A DNA stretch of 64,000 nt from an uncultured Planctomycetota bacterium (GTDB lineage: Bacteria; Planctomycetota; Planctomycetia; Isosphaerales; Isosphaeraceae): positions 58,434 through 122,433 of the forward strand of contig CAWJTV010000023.1 of assembly GCA_963845755.1 (NCBI GenBank). The letters run 5' to 3'. Each line of letters starts with the position of its first letter. Positions within the stretch are counted from its first letter, which is position 1. Positions 52,127-64,000 of this stretch are shown here, one piece after another. A program made the translations under genes and the position numbers. The notes beneath the pieces are model-generated. The model saw only the letters and a list, made by a program, of their open reading frames with translations, had not been told where the DNA came from and ran no database searches.

Positions 52127-53209
52127 TCACCACGCCTTCATGAACCAGAAGATCATGCCGAGGTCGCCGATTCGCTGACTGGTCACCGGCGTTGGTAGAC
52201 CGGCCAGGAAATACCAGTCGCGGCCCAGGTGCGTACGCATGCCGGGGGTCAGCGTCACGCCGGTATGTTGGCCGTCGCGAAGGGGGGTGTTCACCACCGT
52301 CGAGACGTACCAGGTGAAGTCGCCGAACAGCGGCACGTCATGATCGGTCAAGGTCTGACCGATGGCAAGCTGGCTGATCAGACTGTCAGACCCACCGCCA
52401 CCGAGCGGGATGTAGTCACCGATCCCGCCCCGGATCACCCAACGGCCCGCGAAATTGTTCCAGAAGCTGATGTTCGGGACCAGGGCGGTCTTCCCCGCAA
52501 GGGGCTGGTTGCCGGTCGGGACCAGCACCGCCATCTCGCCCGTGAGCGAGAAGTCTTTCGTCTCGTGCAGCAAGACGCGGGGCGTGAACGAGATATCGCC
52601 GAATGTCGTGTGGTTCTTCGACTGCTGCATCAGCCCGGTCGGGCCGATGATGGGCAAACCGCTGCCAGCACTGTTGCGGAGCACGAACGGGACGTTAATG
52701 ATCAGGTCCAGGCGACGGCTGAACGGCAAGAAGATCGTGTAGGCACCGAGGTAGGCGTTGCCCTTCGAGCCCTGGTTGAACGCCTGGCCGAACGTGAAGA
52801 ACCACAGCCGGTACAGGTTGCCGTCGGCGGCATTGATCCAGCCCTGTCGGGGCGCGCCGCCCGATCCGTTGGGCGATGGCACCCAGGACTCGCGCCAACC
52901 TTCGCTGAAGAGCGTCGAGCACGGCAACGGCCGCCAGGTGTCCGGATCGGGCTTGCCGCAGATCGATTCCACGATCACCTGACTGTACGGGTAGAGGTCG
53001 GTGCGACCGCTCCAGGTGGACAGGTCGAACAGCGGGGCTGGAGGCGGGTCGGTTTCCTCGACGGTTGACATGATCTCGTCGAACGAGGACGCCGCGGCGG
53101 GGGCAGGCGCGGGCTCCTGGGCGACTCCTTGGCGCGCCATCGCGCCGACGAGGAGCCAGGCGAACATTCCGAGAACCTGCACTACGAGCGCGGGTGAGAA
53201 GCGAGCCAT
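52127..53209 (-). CDS. hypothetical secreted, probable beta-barrel protein
   Basis: Signal peptide, alternating beta-strand pattern, terminal aromatic residue (FWFMKAW). Confidence 0.7.
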   Translation of the reverse strand: MARFSPALVVQVLGMFAWLLVGAMARQGVAQEPAPAPAAASSFDEIMSTVEETDPPPAPLFDLSTWSGRTDLYPYSQVIVESICGKPDPDTWRPLPCSTLFSEGWRESWVPSPNGSGGAPRQGWINAADGNLYRLWFFTFGQAFNQGSKGNAYLGAYTIFLPFSRRLDLIINVPFVLRNSAGSGLPIIGPTGLMQQSKNHTTFGDISFTPRVLLHETKDFSLTGEMAVLVPTGNQPLAGKTALVPNISFWNNFAGRWVIRGGIGDYIPLGGGGSDSLISQLAIGQTLTDHDVPLFGDFTWYVSTVVNTPLRDGQHTGVTLTPGMRTHLGRDWYFLAGLPTPVTSQRIGDLGMIFWFMKAW

Positions 53210-53386
53210 CTTGCACCTTCCTTTGGGGCAAGCGCCTGTCGCGGACTAAAGTGGGGACGGGCGGACCGGAGGATGGTCTGGAGGGGAGCGACGCATTCTA
53301 ACGCCGTTGCCTCATTTATCGGATGATCGGTGCGACGACTTCAGCCGGCACCATAACTCCCCACGAGTTCAAGAGTGGCGTGTCGA

Positions 53387-53516
53387 TCATGTGTCTCTCG
53401 TCAGCCCCTGGGGCGGCGCCTGGTTCGGCCTGAAGACCCGTTCGGGGATCGTGACCCGCACTGCACCCCCTCAGTCTTGCATCAAAACATCGAGTCAGCC
53501 CCCGGGGTGGCCACCG
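53387..53516 (+). repeat. ~130-bp dispersed repeat, copy A
   Basis: Aligns with 62296-62423. Confidence 0.75.
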
Positions 53517-53662
53517 TGACCTATCGAATACTGACGGTGAACCCGAGGGAGCCCAGGGACGCCAGTGACCCGGTTCCTCGGTGCGATCGCCTTCGTCGAG
53601 ACCGCGGAGACTCAATCGCTTCGCCCCGCGCCGTCCGTCCGCGGCCCGGCTCACCCCGCACG

Positions 53663-53871
53663 TCATTGGCCGAGCATATACTTATAATGAGTGGGGATCG
53701 GCTCGAGCTCGGTCTCCTCGGCGGGCTGGAACGGCTGACGTCGCTCCCAGGAGTTCTCCCCGGCGCGACCATCCAGAATCGACCCTGGAGGTCCCTCACG
53801 ATCCAGTGCTCCGGGCGCGTCCTGTCCACGTAGAGGCCCACGACTCGGTTCTCCGCGGCGATCATGTTCAT
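53663..53871 (-). CDS. small hypothetical protein (frameshift near 53760)
   Basis: GGAGG RBS; LYVDRTRPEHWIVRDLQGRFW...WERRQPF...LEPIPTHYKYMLG. Confidence 0.65.
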
Positions 53872-54141
53872 TGCTCCGTTCCTCCTTGGAAGGCCCCTCG
53901 TTCACTGCTGGGCCATTATGGTGATGGCCACCCGGGATGTAAAGTCACGGCGTTCGGGGCGAAGGGGCTGGATCGAAGTTGCGGGGATTAGCGATTAGTT
54001 CGATGGAAGGCTCGGCATGGGAAAACCGCGCCGAATTGGAAGAGACGGATCGCCCCCATCGCGTTATGCTTAGAGAGTTGAGGTCCACATCTTCGGCTCA
54101 TTTCTCACCTCACCTTGCCGGCGAGATCGGGGCAAGTACCC

Positions 54142-56893
54142 ATGACGACGGAACATGATCGGCTGGAAGCAGCTCGCGAGCGGGCGGTTCCCTGGAAGCA
54201 GTGGGGGCCTTACCTCAGCGAGCCGCCAGTGGGGTACAGTCCGCGAGGACTACAGCGAAGGCGGCGACGCCTGGAACTACTTCAGCCATGACCAGGCGCG
54301 CTCGCGTGCCTACCGCTGGGGCGAAGATGGCCTGGCCGGCCTCTCCGATCAGAAGCAGAGGCTCTGCTTTGCCCTGGCGCTCTGGAACGGCGCGGACCCG
54401 ATCCTCAAGGAGCGACTGTTCGGGCTCACCAACAGCGAGGGTAATCACGGCGAGGACGTCAAGGAGTGCTACTTCTACCTGGATAGCACGCCGACGCACT
54501 CCTACATGAAGTATCTGTACAAGTATCCCCAGTCGGCGTTCCCTTATGCCGACCTCGTGGAAAGCAACCGGCGCCGGGGCCGATGCGAGTTCGAGTATGA
54601 GCTGATCGATACCGGGGTCTTCGACGAGGATCGCTACTTCGACGTGTTCGTCGAGTATGCGAAAGAGTCGCCCCAGGACATCCTCATCCAGCTCACGATC
54701 CACAATCGCGGCCCCGAGCCGGCCGAACTTCATATCCTGCCGACGCTCTGGTTTCGCAATCTATGGTCCTGGTTGGCGGGCGGCGATCGGCCTTCACTCC
54801 GGCAGGCGGAAGGGCTCGCGACCGGCAGAGGCATCGCCGCGAATCATCCCGAACTGGGCGAGCTCTTCCTGTACTGCGACCGAGATGTCCCGCTCCTGTT
54901 CACCGAGAACGAGACCAATACCCAACGCATCTTCGGGGTCCCCAACCGGACCCCTTACGTCAAGGATGGGATCAACAACTGCGTCGTACTGGGCCAGGGG
55001 GAGGCCGTGAACCCCGGGAAGTCGGGAACCAAGGCCTCGGCCCACTATCGCCTCGCCATCGACGCCGGCGGACATCAAGTCCTCCGCCTGCGCCTCACCG
55101 ACGTCAGCCCGACCGACTTCGTGCGAGTCTATGGCCCCCATGGGCCCTTCGGCGGCCACTACGAGGAGGTGCTGCGTTCTCGCCAGCAAGAGGCCGACGA
55201 GTTCTATGCGGCCATCGCGCCGCCCGCCCTCGACGCGGACGCGGCGAACGTCATGCGGCAGGCGCTGGCAGGCATGCTGTGGTCCAAGCAATTTTACCAC
55301 TACGATGTTGACAAGTGGCTGGAGGAGCGCGGTTCCGACCCCTTCAAGCCGACCAGGAAGGCGGCGCCCCGCAACGACCACTGGCACCACATGTACAACG
55401 GCGACGTGATCTCGATGCCGGACAAGTGGGAGTATCCCTGGTATGCGGCCTGGGACCTCGCCTTCCACGTGCTCGCCTTGACGCTCGTCAACCCGGATTT
55501 CGGCAAGCAGCAACTCCGGTTGATGCTGCGCGAGCGTTACATGCATCCCAACGGCCAGATTCCGGCCTACGAATGGAACTTTGGCGACGTCAACCCGCCG
55601 GTCCATGCGTGGTCCACCATATTTACCTACCGCCTCGAGAAGGCACAGACGGGACAGGGAGACAGGGACTGGCTCAAGAGCAGCTTCCAGAAGTTGTTGC
55701 TGAATTTCACCTGGTGGGTCAACCGCAAGGACCGTTCGGGTCGGAACGTCTTCGAGGGCGGCTTTCTGGGCCTGGACAACATTGGGGTCTTCGATCGGAG
55801 CGCGCCCCTGCCGACCGGGGGTTATCTGGAACAGGCCGACGGCACCGCCTGGATGGCCCTCTACTGCCAGAACATGCTCGAGATCGCCGTGGAGCTGGCG
55901 ACGACCGATCCGGATTACGAGGACATGGCCCTCAAGTTCTGCGAGCACTTCCTGTGGATCGCCTCGGCGATGGCGCACCTCGGGCAGGACACGGGCATGT
56001 GGGACGAGGAGGACGGCTTCTTCTACGACGTGCTCCGGCTGCCCGACGGCCAGGCTCGGCGTCTCAAGGTCCGGTCGATGGTGGGCTTGCTGCCCCTCTG
56101 CGCGGCCACGGTTTTCGAGGGAGAGCTCATGGCGAAGAGCCCTGAAGTCGCAGAGCGGTTCCGATGGTTCCTCGCCGGTCGGCCCGAACTCTACGCGGCC
56201 ATCCACGACCCGATGAAGCCCGGTGTCGCCGGCCGCCGGCTGGCATCGATCCTGGACGAGACCAAGCTCCGCCGCGTACTGGCGAAGATGCTCGACGAGG
56301 ACGAGTTCCTCAGCCCGTTCGGCATTCGCTCACTGTCGCGCCACCACGCCGACCACCCCTATGTCATCCATGCCGGCGGCCAGGAATACTGCGTTTCCTA
56401 CCTGCCTGCTGAGTCCGATTCCGGCATGTTCGGCGGAAACTCGAACTGGCGCGGGCCCATCTGGATGCCCGTCAATGCCCTGATTATCCGGGCGCTCCTC
56501 CAGTATCACCTCTACTACGGCGACGCCTTCACGGTCGAGTGCCCCACAGGTTCCGGCCGGCAGATGAGCCTCTATCAGGTGGCCGAGGAGATCGCGCGGC
56601 GGCTCGGGAACATCTTCCTCAAGGACAAGGATGGCCGTCGTCCGGTCCATGGAGGAACCCGGAAGTTCCAGGACGACCCGTACTGGCGCGATTGCGTCCT
56701 GTTCTACGAGTATTTCCACGGCGATAACGGGGCCGGCCTCGGTGCCAGCCACCAGACCGGCTGGACGGGTCTCATCGCCCGGACCATGCACCTCTTTGCG
56801 ACCTTGACGCCCGAGCAAGTTCTCGAAGGTGGCAAGAAGGGCTACTTCGAAAGGTCGGCCCGAACGGAGCTCGCTGGTTCACCAGCCGGCTGA
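54142..56893 (+). CDS. GH63/MGH1-like glucosidase (frameshift near 54223)
   Basis: WKQWGPYLSE.QWGTVREDYS, MPDKWEYPWYAAWDLAFH, GLDN, EYFHGDNGAGLGASHQTGWT. Confidence 0.92.
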
Positions 56894-56954
56894 TGGGGAT
56901 CCCTCTTCCGCGAAAGCCCAAGAACTCTCGCAACACTGTCGTGGACGCTGCAAG

Positions 56955-57827
56955 ATGGATCTCCTGGCTCAACCTGACGGCCCTCGTGACGATCATGTTG
57001 TCGATGGGGTTGCAGGTGAACATTCAGGCCGTGGTGGCCTCGGCCAGGCCGTCGCGACGGGTCACCCTCGGACTCCTCGCCAATTACCTGCTGGTACCGG
57101 CGGTGACTCTCGGTTTGCTGTACGTGTTCCAGGCCGACCCCATGGTCTCGCTGGGATTTTTGGTCCTCGCCGTCTGCCCGGGAGCTCCGGTAGGACCACC
57201 GATCACGGCCATCGCGAGGGGAAGTGTACCATCCGCCATCGGGATGATGGTGATCCTGGCCGGGTCGTCGGCGCTGCTCTCGCCGGCGCTGCTCAGTGTG
57301 CTGTCATCCCGGGTCGCGCCGGATAGCGATTTGCGCGTCGACACCATGGGGATCGTTCGGACATTGCTGATTACCCAGATGCTACCCTTGGCGTCGGGGT
57401 TGGGCATGCACCACGGGCGCCGAAGTTGGCGCGGGGGATCGTCAAGCCGGTTGGACTCCTCGCGAATGTCCTGCTCTTTGCCCTCGTCGGACTGATCCTC
57501 GCCGCACATCACGAGACCTTGGCCGCGATCCGGCTGAGGGGTTGGACGGGGATGAGCCTGCTCCTGCTGGCCAGCCTGGGCATCGGTTGGTTCTGCGGAG
57601 GCCCCGATCTCGCGACGCGAAAGGCGATGGCCGTGACAACGGCAACCCGCAACATCGCCGTCGGTCTGGTGATCGTCACGAGCAAGTTCGCGGACACGCC
57701 GGCAGTCACCGCCGTGGTGGCCTACGGCCTCGTTTCTACCCTCGGCGCGCTGGGCTTCGCCCTGCTGCTGGCCGGTTTACCGCCCTCAAGTCCAAGGACG
57801 CCGATGCCGGGTCGTCGCGGTGAGTGA
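56955..57827 (+). CDS. bile acid:sodium symporter family transporter (frameshifted)
   Basis: MLSMGL, LLANYLLVP, CPGAP, TRNIAVGL. Confidence 0.85.
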
Positions 57828-57871
57828 AACCCATGCGCATCGATTCGTCGAACCGATGAGGGTAAAGACCG

Positions 57872-59355
57872 ATGACAACGCCGCGCTATCCTTCGCTTTA
57901 CCAGATCAACACCCGCGTCTGGCTGACCGAGCTTTCCCGGCGGCTGGGCCGGGCAGCGACCTTGGATGACATTCCGGACGCCGAACTGGACCACCTGGCG
58001 GGGATGGGCTTCGACTGGGTCTGGTTGCTGAGCGTCTGGAGAACCGGCCCGGCCGGGCAGCAGGTCTCTCGGAACCACCCCGGGTGGCGCAGGGAGTTCG
58101 CGGAGACGCTCCCCGACCTGCGCGAGGAGGACATCGCGGGTTCCGGGTTCGCGACACCGGTTATACAGTGCATCCGCTCCTGGGCGGTGATTCGGCCCTT
58201 GCCCGGCTCCGCGAACGGCTCCGGGACCGCGGCCTCCGGCTGATGCTCGACTTCGTCCCCAACCACACGGGGCTCGATCACCCCTGGGTCGAAGACCATC
58301 CCGAGTATTACGTGCCCGGGACCGAACTGGACCTGGCCCGCGCCCCGAGAACTACACCTGGGTCAAGCGGAGCGGCGGCGATCGGCTGCTGGCTTACGGC
58401 CGCGATCCGTACTTCTCCGGCTGGCCCGATACGCTCCAGCTCAATTATGGGAACCCGGCCACGCAGGAAGCGATGATCGGCGAGCTGCTGAAGATCGCCG
58501 AGCAATGCGACGGCGTTCGCTGTGATATGGCCATGCTGGTCCTGCCCGAGGTCTTCGAGCGAACCTGGGGCATCCCGTCCCAGCCATTCTGGCCGAAGGC
58601 GACCCGGCGAGTGCGGGAGCAGTCACCGGGCTTCTGCTTCATGGCCGAGGTCTACTGGGACCTGGAATGGACGCTGCAGCAACAGGGGTTCGATTACACC
58701 TACGACAAGCGGCTCTACGACCGGCTACGCGACCGGCACGCCAGGCCGGTGCGCGAGCATTTCCGGGCGGGACTGGATTACCAGGACAAGCTGGCCCGCT
58801 TCCTGGAAAACCACGACGAACCGCGGGCCGCCGCGGCATTCCCGCCCGAAGTTCACGAGGCCGCGGCCGTCATCACCTTTCTCTCGCCGGGGCTGCGGTT
58901 TTTTCAGCAAGGGCCAGTTCGAGGGCCGGACGAAGCGCGGATCTCTCCTCACCTCTGCCGAGAGCCGGACGAGCCGATCGACCAGCGATTGGAGCGGTTC
59001 TACAGCACGCTGCTCGGAGTGCTCCGGGCAGCCGGTCTTCCGGGACGGGCTGTGGCAATTACTGGATTGCGGGCCCGCCTGGGAAGGGAACTGGACCTGC
59101 GACTGCTTCCTCGCGTTCGCCTGGCAAGGCCCGGACGGCGAGCGCATGTTGGTCGCGGTGAATTACGCCGGCAATCGGAGCCAGTGCCACATCCGGCTCC
59201 CCTTCGCGGAACTAAGCGGCAGGACATGGCGTCTGCGAGACCGCCTCAGTCAGGCCACCTATGACCGCGACGGCGACGGCCTGAAGTCGCAGGGGCTGTT
59301 CCTGGATGTGGAACCATGGAAGTATCATGTCTTTGAAATCAGGCCGATTCCGTAA
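57872..59355 (+). CDS. GH13 alpha-amylase family protein (several frameshifts)
   Basis: LYQINTRVW, LDFVPNH, DGVRCDMA, AEVYW, FLENHDEPR. Confidence 0.88.
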
Positions 59356-59731
59356 CATGGGGCGCGAGCGCCGTGGACCAGGGTGGACCGATCGAGTTCC
59401 TGCCGATCTGGGGCATCTTCCTCGCCACGATGGAGCAACTATGGCCGAAGCCCTCCGGCGTTCGGAGGCAAAGACCTTGCTCGATCGAGATGGATGGAGC
59501 GGGAGCCCGGGGCGTCTCCGGACGCTCCGCTTTATCCGACTAAAATGCCCGGCAATGTGCTGCCGAATGAATTCGCGGCCTGGAGCGCGTCGGTGTGTCG
59601 GATGCGGGGGGATTGTCTCAATCGGTATTTCCTAGGTTGACCGTTGTTGCGTCAACCGGGCGGGGTCGGCGTGGAGTAACTCCAGAAGTCGTACGTGGGC
59701 AACTCCAGACCCAACGCCCGGTAAGGCCCTC

Positions 59732-60440
59732 TCAATCCGGGCATCGGCAGAGGACGCAGCCGCGCTTGGGGATCCGCTGTGGCGGGACGACCTCGATCGG
59801 GTAACGATCGAGCCCCAGCCGGGGAATCAGCCATGAGGCGTCCGTCTGAGACTGGTCGAAGACGCTCCGGGTCACGAACTGGCGGGCGATATGCCGGCTG
59901 GCCGGCTTGCCGACGCGGATCAGGGGATAATGATCGCGGCCGAAGATCGGATCCACCGCGGCGACGGCGTGGATGCAGTCGCTGATCAGCAGGTTCCGTG
60001 GCGTGCTGATCGCACGGTATTCCGCCCGCCCGCTGTCGAGGATCGCCTTGACCCCGAGCGAGCCGCTCGTAGACCTGCGGCAGGATCCGGAACGGTCCCC
60101 ACATCGTGACGTGCTCGCGGGCGTGGTAGACGGCGTCCAGCGTCTGGTCCAGGTCCAGGTTCACCCCCGGCTCGGGGAGGAAGCTCCACGTCCGGATATC
60201 GAGGGATTGCGGCAGCCAACTGATGGTGTGTTGGTCCAGCGCGTAGTTGCTCGCGTTGGGCCCCTCACCGACGGCGCGGATGAAGGTCGCCCAGGTGTGC
60301 GTGTATTGCAGCAACTTCGGCTTCGACTGCGACCCGAAGATCATGACGTAATAGAATTCTTCGCCTCTCGTCTCGCCCGCGGTCAACGCGAAGGCAAGGC
60401 CGAGGAGCGCCATGACGACCGGCCGGATCCGTTGCCCCAT
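59732..60440 (-). CDS. hypothetical secreted protein (frameshift near 60060)
   Basis: Signal peptide; YYVMIFGSQ...HTWATF...HTISWLP. Confidence 0.7.
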
Positions 60441-60877
60441 CGGCGTCTCCCTGACATTGAGTCATCGAGAAGGCGCATCCCCTCGATTATGACACCGCAT
60501 CCGGCGCGGTGAGGATGTCAGCCGGTGGCAGGGTTGGGATGTGCGGCGAGGACGTGTTCCCTCAAGTTTTCCGCCGACTTACGCGAAGTTCCGGGGTCGA
60601 TGCGTGCGGCGACTCGGCCCGGCACCTGCGGATTCGGGGCCTCTTCGCGGCCCGGCGTCCCGAAAGTAACACGGGAGGGTCGGGCCCCGGACGGCTAACG
60701 ACCGATTCCCAGAAAAAGGCGTCGCAATCAGGGAGCGGCCACTCGTGCGTGGCCGCTCCCATTCTGCATGGTAGTATGCTGAGATTGCCGAGATGGTAAT
60801 GTGGCGAGAGTGCCTAGATTCTAAGGATAAGGCACGTTAATCTGACGCGCACGGGATCGATGGGAGGTCGCGTTGCA

Positions 60878-60922
60878 AGCGTGCCGTTTCTTAGTGGTTG
60901 TACCGCGAGCGTGCCGTTTCTT
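60878..60922. repeat. 15-bp direct repeat with 30-bp period
   Basis: AGCGTGCCGTTTCTT at 60878 and 60908. Confidence 0.7.
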
Positions 60923-60955
60923 CGCGGGCGTACCCGGTCCCGGGGAGAACTGATC

Positions 60956-61324
60956 ATGACGCGCACCCTTAGGGGGAGTCTACTGATCGCCTTGATGCTG
61001 GTCGTCACGTGGGCGACGTCGTCGGAGGCGTGCCACCGCCGGCGTCGGGCCTGCGCGCCCGTCACGTCCTGCAACGCGGGGTATAACCAAACGGGCTACT
61101 ACGGTGCCGGGGGCGGCTACGGCATGGCTGGCGGGGGTTACTACGGCGGCGGCACGGCCGGCTATCCCGGCGGGTACGGGTACGGCCAGCCCGGCTACGG
61201 CCAGCCCGGCTACGGGTACGACTTCGGCCGGCCCGGCTACAACCCAGGCGGCCTCGGCGGGCCGGCGTCCGGGCTGGGGGTGCGGCCCGGCCTGGGCGTC
61301 GGCGGCTTCGGCCCGGGTCGCTGA
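60956..61324 (+). CDS. secreted Gly/Tyr-rich low-complexity protein
   Basis: Signal peptide ending SEA, CHRRRRAC, GYG/QPGY repeats. Confidence 0.7.
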   Translation: MTRTLRGSLLIALMLVVTWATSSEACHRRRRACAPVTSCNAGYNQTGYYGAGGGYGMAGGGYYGGGTAGYPGGYGYGQPGYGQPGYGYDFGRPGYNPGGLGGPASGLGVRPGLGVGGFGPGR

Positions 61325-62079
61325 TCGTCCACTGGTGATCCAATCGCCCGGCAGGGGCGCACCAGCCTGGACCTACGGGTTCACTCGGGGCGGTGTCGGC
61401 GGCGGCCAACTGATGGGCGCCGCGGCCGGTTACCGCGCGGCTGGCGGCCGGCGAGGAAGCTCGCAGGCCGACGAGTGCGGCCGGGCGTCACTCCGGTGGC
61501 GTCCCGGCCGCCTTGCTTCACCGGAAATGGAGAACCTCCATGCGCGAGTTAGAGTGCGTAACGATTGCATTGCGGACGCCTGCCGCGAGCGATCGAGCCC
61601 AGCGCAGCCAGGGGGGGACGATGTCCGGCGGCGGCCCTTCAGGCCGCAGAACATCGGCTGACAGAGTGTGCGCAACCCATCTGTCATGTGCTCTAAACTT
61701 CGACTCGCCTGGAGTCTCGAGAGCCAGGACATTCCGCGAGAGTTCAACACCAAGAGCCGGCTCGTCATCATCGCCAAGGACGGGCAGACTTTGAACAAGA
61801 ACGTGGCGGCTTTGCAGGAGCGGGGGTATGTGCTGCCCTTCCAGCCCGGGCCGCCGGGGAAGACCCCTTCTTTTGGATCATCTTCTCGAATCCAGGCGCC
61901 GGCACGAGTTGCTGCCGAACTGGGGATCTTCGTCCATGTGTCGATCTCCCAGCCCGGCCTCGGCATCGTGGCAACGCGATGATCGCCGGGGAAAGCGGCA
62001 CGAGAACCGGGGGCCATGGCCCAGCCTACCGGGTCTCTTTTCAGAAATAAGTAATATCTAAGAAGAAAGAGAATTTGGC

Positions 62080-62109
62080 TTGACGAGAGTTTTTCGGTCT
62101 CGGTATATT
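62080..62109 (+). promoter_or_regulatory. sigma70-like promoter with AT-rich UP region
   Basis: TTGACG-18-TATATT. Confidence 0.6.
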
Positions 62110-62295
62110 ACTCTGCGTCTATGCATGTTGGATGTTCGTGAGGGGTCGTTCGACGAACCGGCCATGACGGCCTAGCCGTGCGTCTCTGCGTGGGTGGGTT
62201 TTTATGCGCCTACCCTTCTGACGCCCGGACATCCACGAGGCTCGCCCGGCGTGATGGTCTATTCCCTGTGGTAATGGCTGCTGCAACTCAAGGTC

Positions 62296-62423
62296 TCATG
62301 TGTCTCTCGTCAGCCCCGGGGCGGCGCCTGGTTCGGCCTGAAGACCCGTTCGGGGATCGCGACCCACATCGCACCTTTTCAGTCTTGCATCAAAACCTCG
62401 AGTCATCCCCCGGGATGGTCACC
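62296..62423 (+). repeat. ~130-bp dispersed repeat, copy B
   Basis: Aligns with 53387-53516. Confidence 0.75.
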
Positions 62424-62566
62424 AGGGCTAGGGCCCGGACTCCGGGAGGACGACCGCCCTGATGACGGCGGTCCGCTTCATTTCCCATGGAGGGACGTCC
62501 TGAAAGTATGGACATTCCTCGTGTTGACCTGAGCCCGAGTCGATCTCTTCCGTGAGGATTCCGTCG

Positions 62567-63180
62567 ATGAGTATCGATGTTGAACGTCGTCCCCTCGTCG
62601 CGGCGCTGCGCCGGGAACTGCGCCACGAGTTGGATGCCCTGCGGGGCAATTGGTTCTGGTTCGTGATTCTGGGCGTCGCGCTGGTCGTCCTGGGCACCGT
62701 CGCCCTGGGCTCCGCGGTGATCGCCTCGCTGGCCGCGGCCGTGGCGATCGGCGTGCTGCTCCTGCTCGGGGGCGCGGCCGAGGCCGTGGGAGCGTTCTGG
62801 TGCCGGGGCTGGAGCGGCTTCTTCCTGGAGCTGCTCTCAGGCGTGCTGTCGATCGTCGTCGCGCTCCTGTTCTTGCGGGCGCCGGCGGCGCGCTGGCGGC
62901 CCTGACGCTGCTCCTGGCGTGCTTCCTGATGGTCGGCGGGATCTTCAAGATCGTGGCCGCCCTGAGCTATCGGTTCGCCGCATGGGGCTGGTCATTGGCG
63001 GGCGGGATCATCGACGTGATCCTCGGGGTGATGATCTGGCAGGAATGGCCCGCATCGGGGCTGTGGGTGATCGGCCTGTTCGTGGGGATCAACCTATTGT
63101 TCCGCGGAGTCAACTGGATCGCCCTCGGGCTGGCGTTGCTCGCTACCCCGCCCGGAGGCAGCCTGAGTCCCTCCCATGAG
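62567..63180 (+). CDS. HdeD/DUF308 family membrane protein (frameshift near 62885; end uncertain)
   Basis: WFWFVILGVALVVLG...WPASGLWVIGLFVGINLLFRG. Confidence 0.85.
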
Positions 63181-63474
63181 ATGGGCCAGGTCATCAAGGA
63201 CCACGACAAGTGTGAACCCAAACCTGGGGCCGATAGCCAGGCCCGGATGAGTTGGGTACCGTTGGCGTCCGGGTGCGGCCGGATTCCGCAACGATTCAGG
63301 CTGCAACGGACCAGCCGTCTCGCCTAAAGTCGATGAGCCCGGCGGCCATCGATATGGCGGCCAGGGCCCCCGTTGAGTCGAGCGTCCGAGAGTGGGAACA
63401 GGCCGTTCGAGATTCCCCTCGGACTGTGTCGTCCTAGCAGATGCATTTCCGAACATCTCCTAGGAGATCGCAAC

Positions 63475-64000
63475 ATGAACCTGCGAAGCAACACATGATC
63501 GGGTTGGCCGTCGCGGCGATTATCCTCGCCACGGTGGCCGGGTCCCCGCCCAGGAACAGAAGCCATTCAGCCCCGCGATCGAGCAACTGCGCGAGACCGT
63601 GGCCGAGCGGCTGCAAGCCGTGGCCGACAAGCTCGGGCTGACGACCGAGCAGCGGACGAAGATCCGAGAGGCCGACGCCGCCTTCTCGGACAAAAATGTG
63701 AAGCCCTGCGGACTCGGCGGCGGGAGTTGCTCCAGTCGGAACTCGAGGCCATCCGCGATGCGCTGACGTCCGAGCAGCGCGAGATGGTGAAAGGGTTCGT
63801 CGAGGACCTGAGAGAGCGGCGGCGGAACTGGGCACCGGGGCGCGATTGGCCGGAGGTCGCACCGCTCCGCGATGTGCGGCTCGGCGGAGCGAGTCCAGGC
63901 GGCAGACGACAAGCTCGCCTTGACCCCCGAACAGAAGACCAAGATCCGGGATCTGCATGCCCCCTTCGCCGAGAAATACCGGGCGAATCGGGCCGAGCGT
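63475..64000 (+). CDS. Spy/CpxP-like LTxxQ-repeat protein (frameshifted; runs off window end)
   Basis: LGLTTEQRTKIRE, LTSEQR, LALTPEQKTKIRD. Confidence 0.65.

Noticed and set aside
53465..53495. Conserved minus-strand TGA-TGC in the 130-bp repeat as selenocysteine
   Set aside because: No supporting ORF context or SECIS-like evidence.
60870..60895. Sigma54 promoter (GGCACG...TTGC on the minus strand)
   Set aside because: GG-to-GC spacing does not fit the -24/-12 consensus.
61430..62017. Overlapping ORFs on both strands
   Set aside because: No recognisable motif or RBS; cannot choose a coding frame.

Overview
GC-rich bacterial DNA whose gene content points to a planctomycete (Isosphaeraceae-like; inferred, not proven). 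Many single-base frameshifts, even in ordinary enzymes (rbsK, ggt, thiO), suggest uncorrected long-read indels rather than real pseudogenes. Bases 1-27 kb are mixed housekeeping and accessory genes: a Ser/Thr kinase-WD40, a TPR-sulfotransferase, an XRE/PIN module, dps followed by a TIGR04222-DUF692-partner cluster, a TlpA protein, an NtrC-type regulator, rbsK, ggt, thiO, a DtxR/MntR regulator and an FKBP. Bases 27.5-64 kb form a general-stress/osmolyte island: CBS, CsbD, DUF883, DUF1328, two DUF3309, AI-2E, LEA-like, bacterioferritin remnant, GH13, GH63, HdeD, three DUF2294/MpsC-like genes and csrA. The main finding is a ~225-bp non-coding module present four times (35154, 41137, 47339, 49114). 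Each copy has back-to-back sigma70-like promoters and a minus-strand structured leader with mutually exclusive antiterminator and intrinsic terminator. It is tightly linked to DUF2294 genes, making it a candidate undescribed attenuation or riboswitch system controlling the island.
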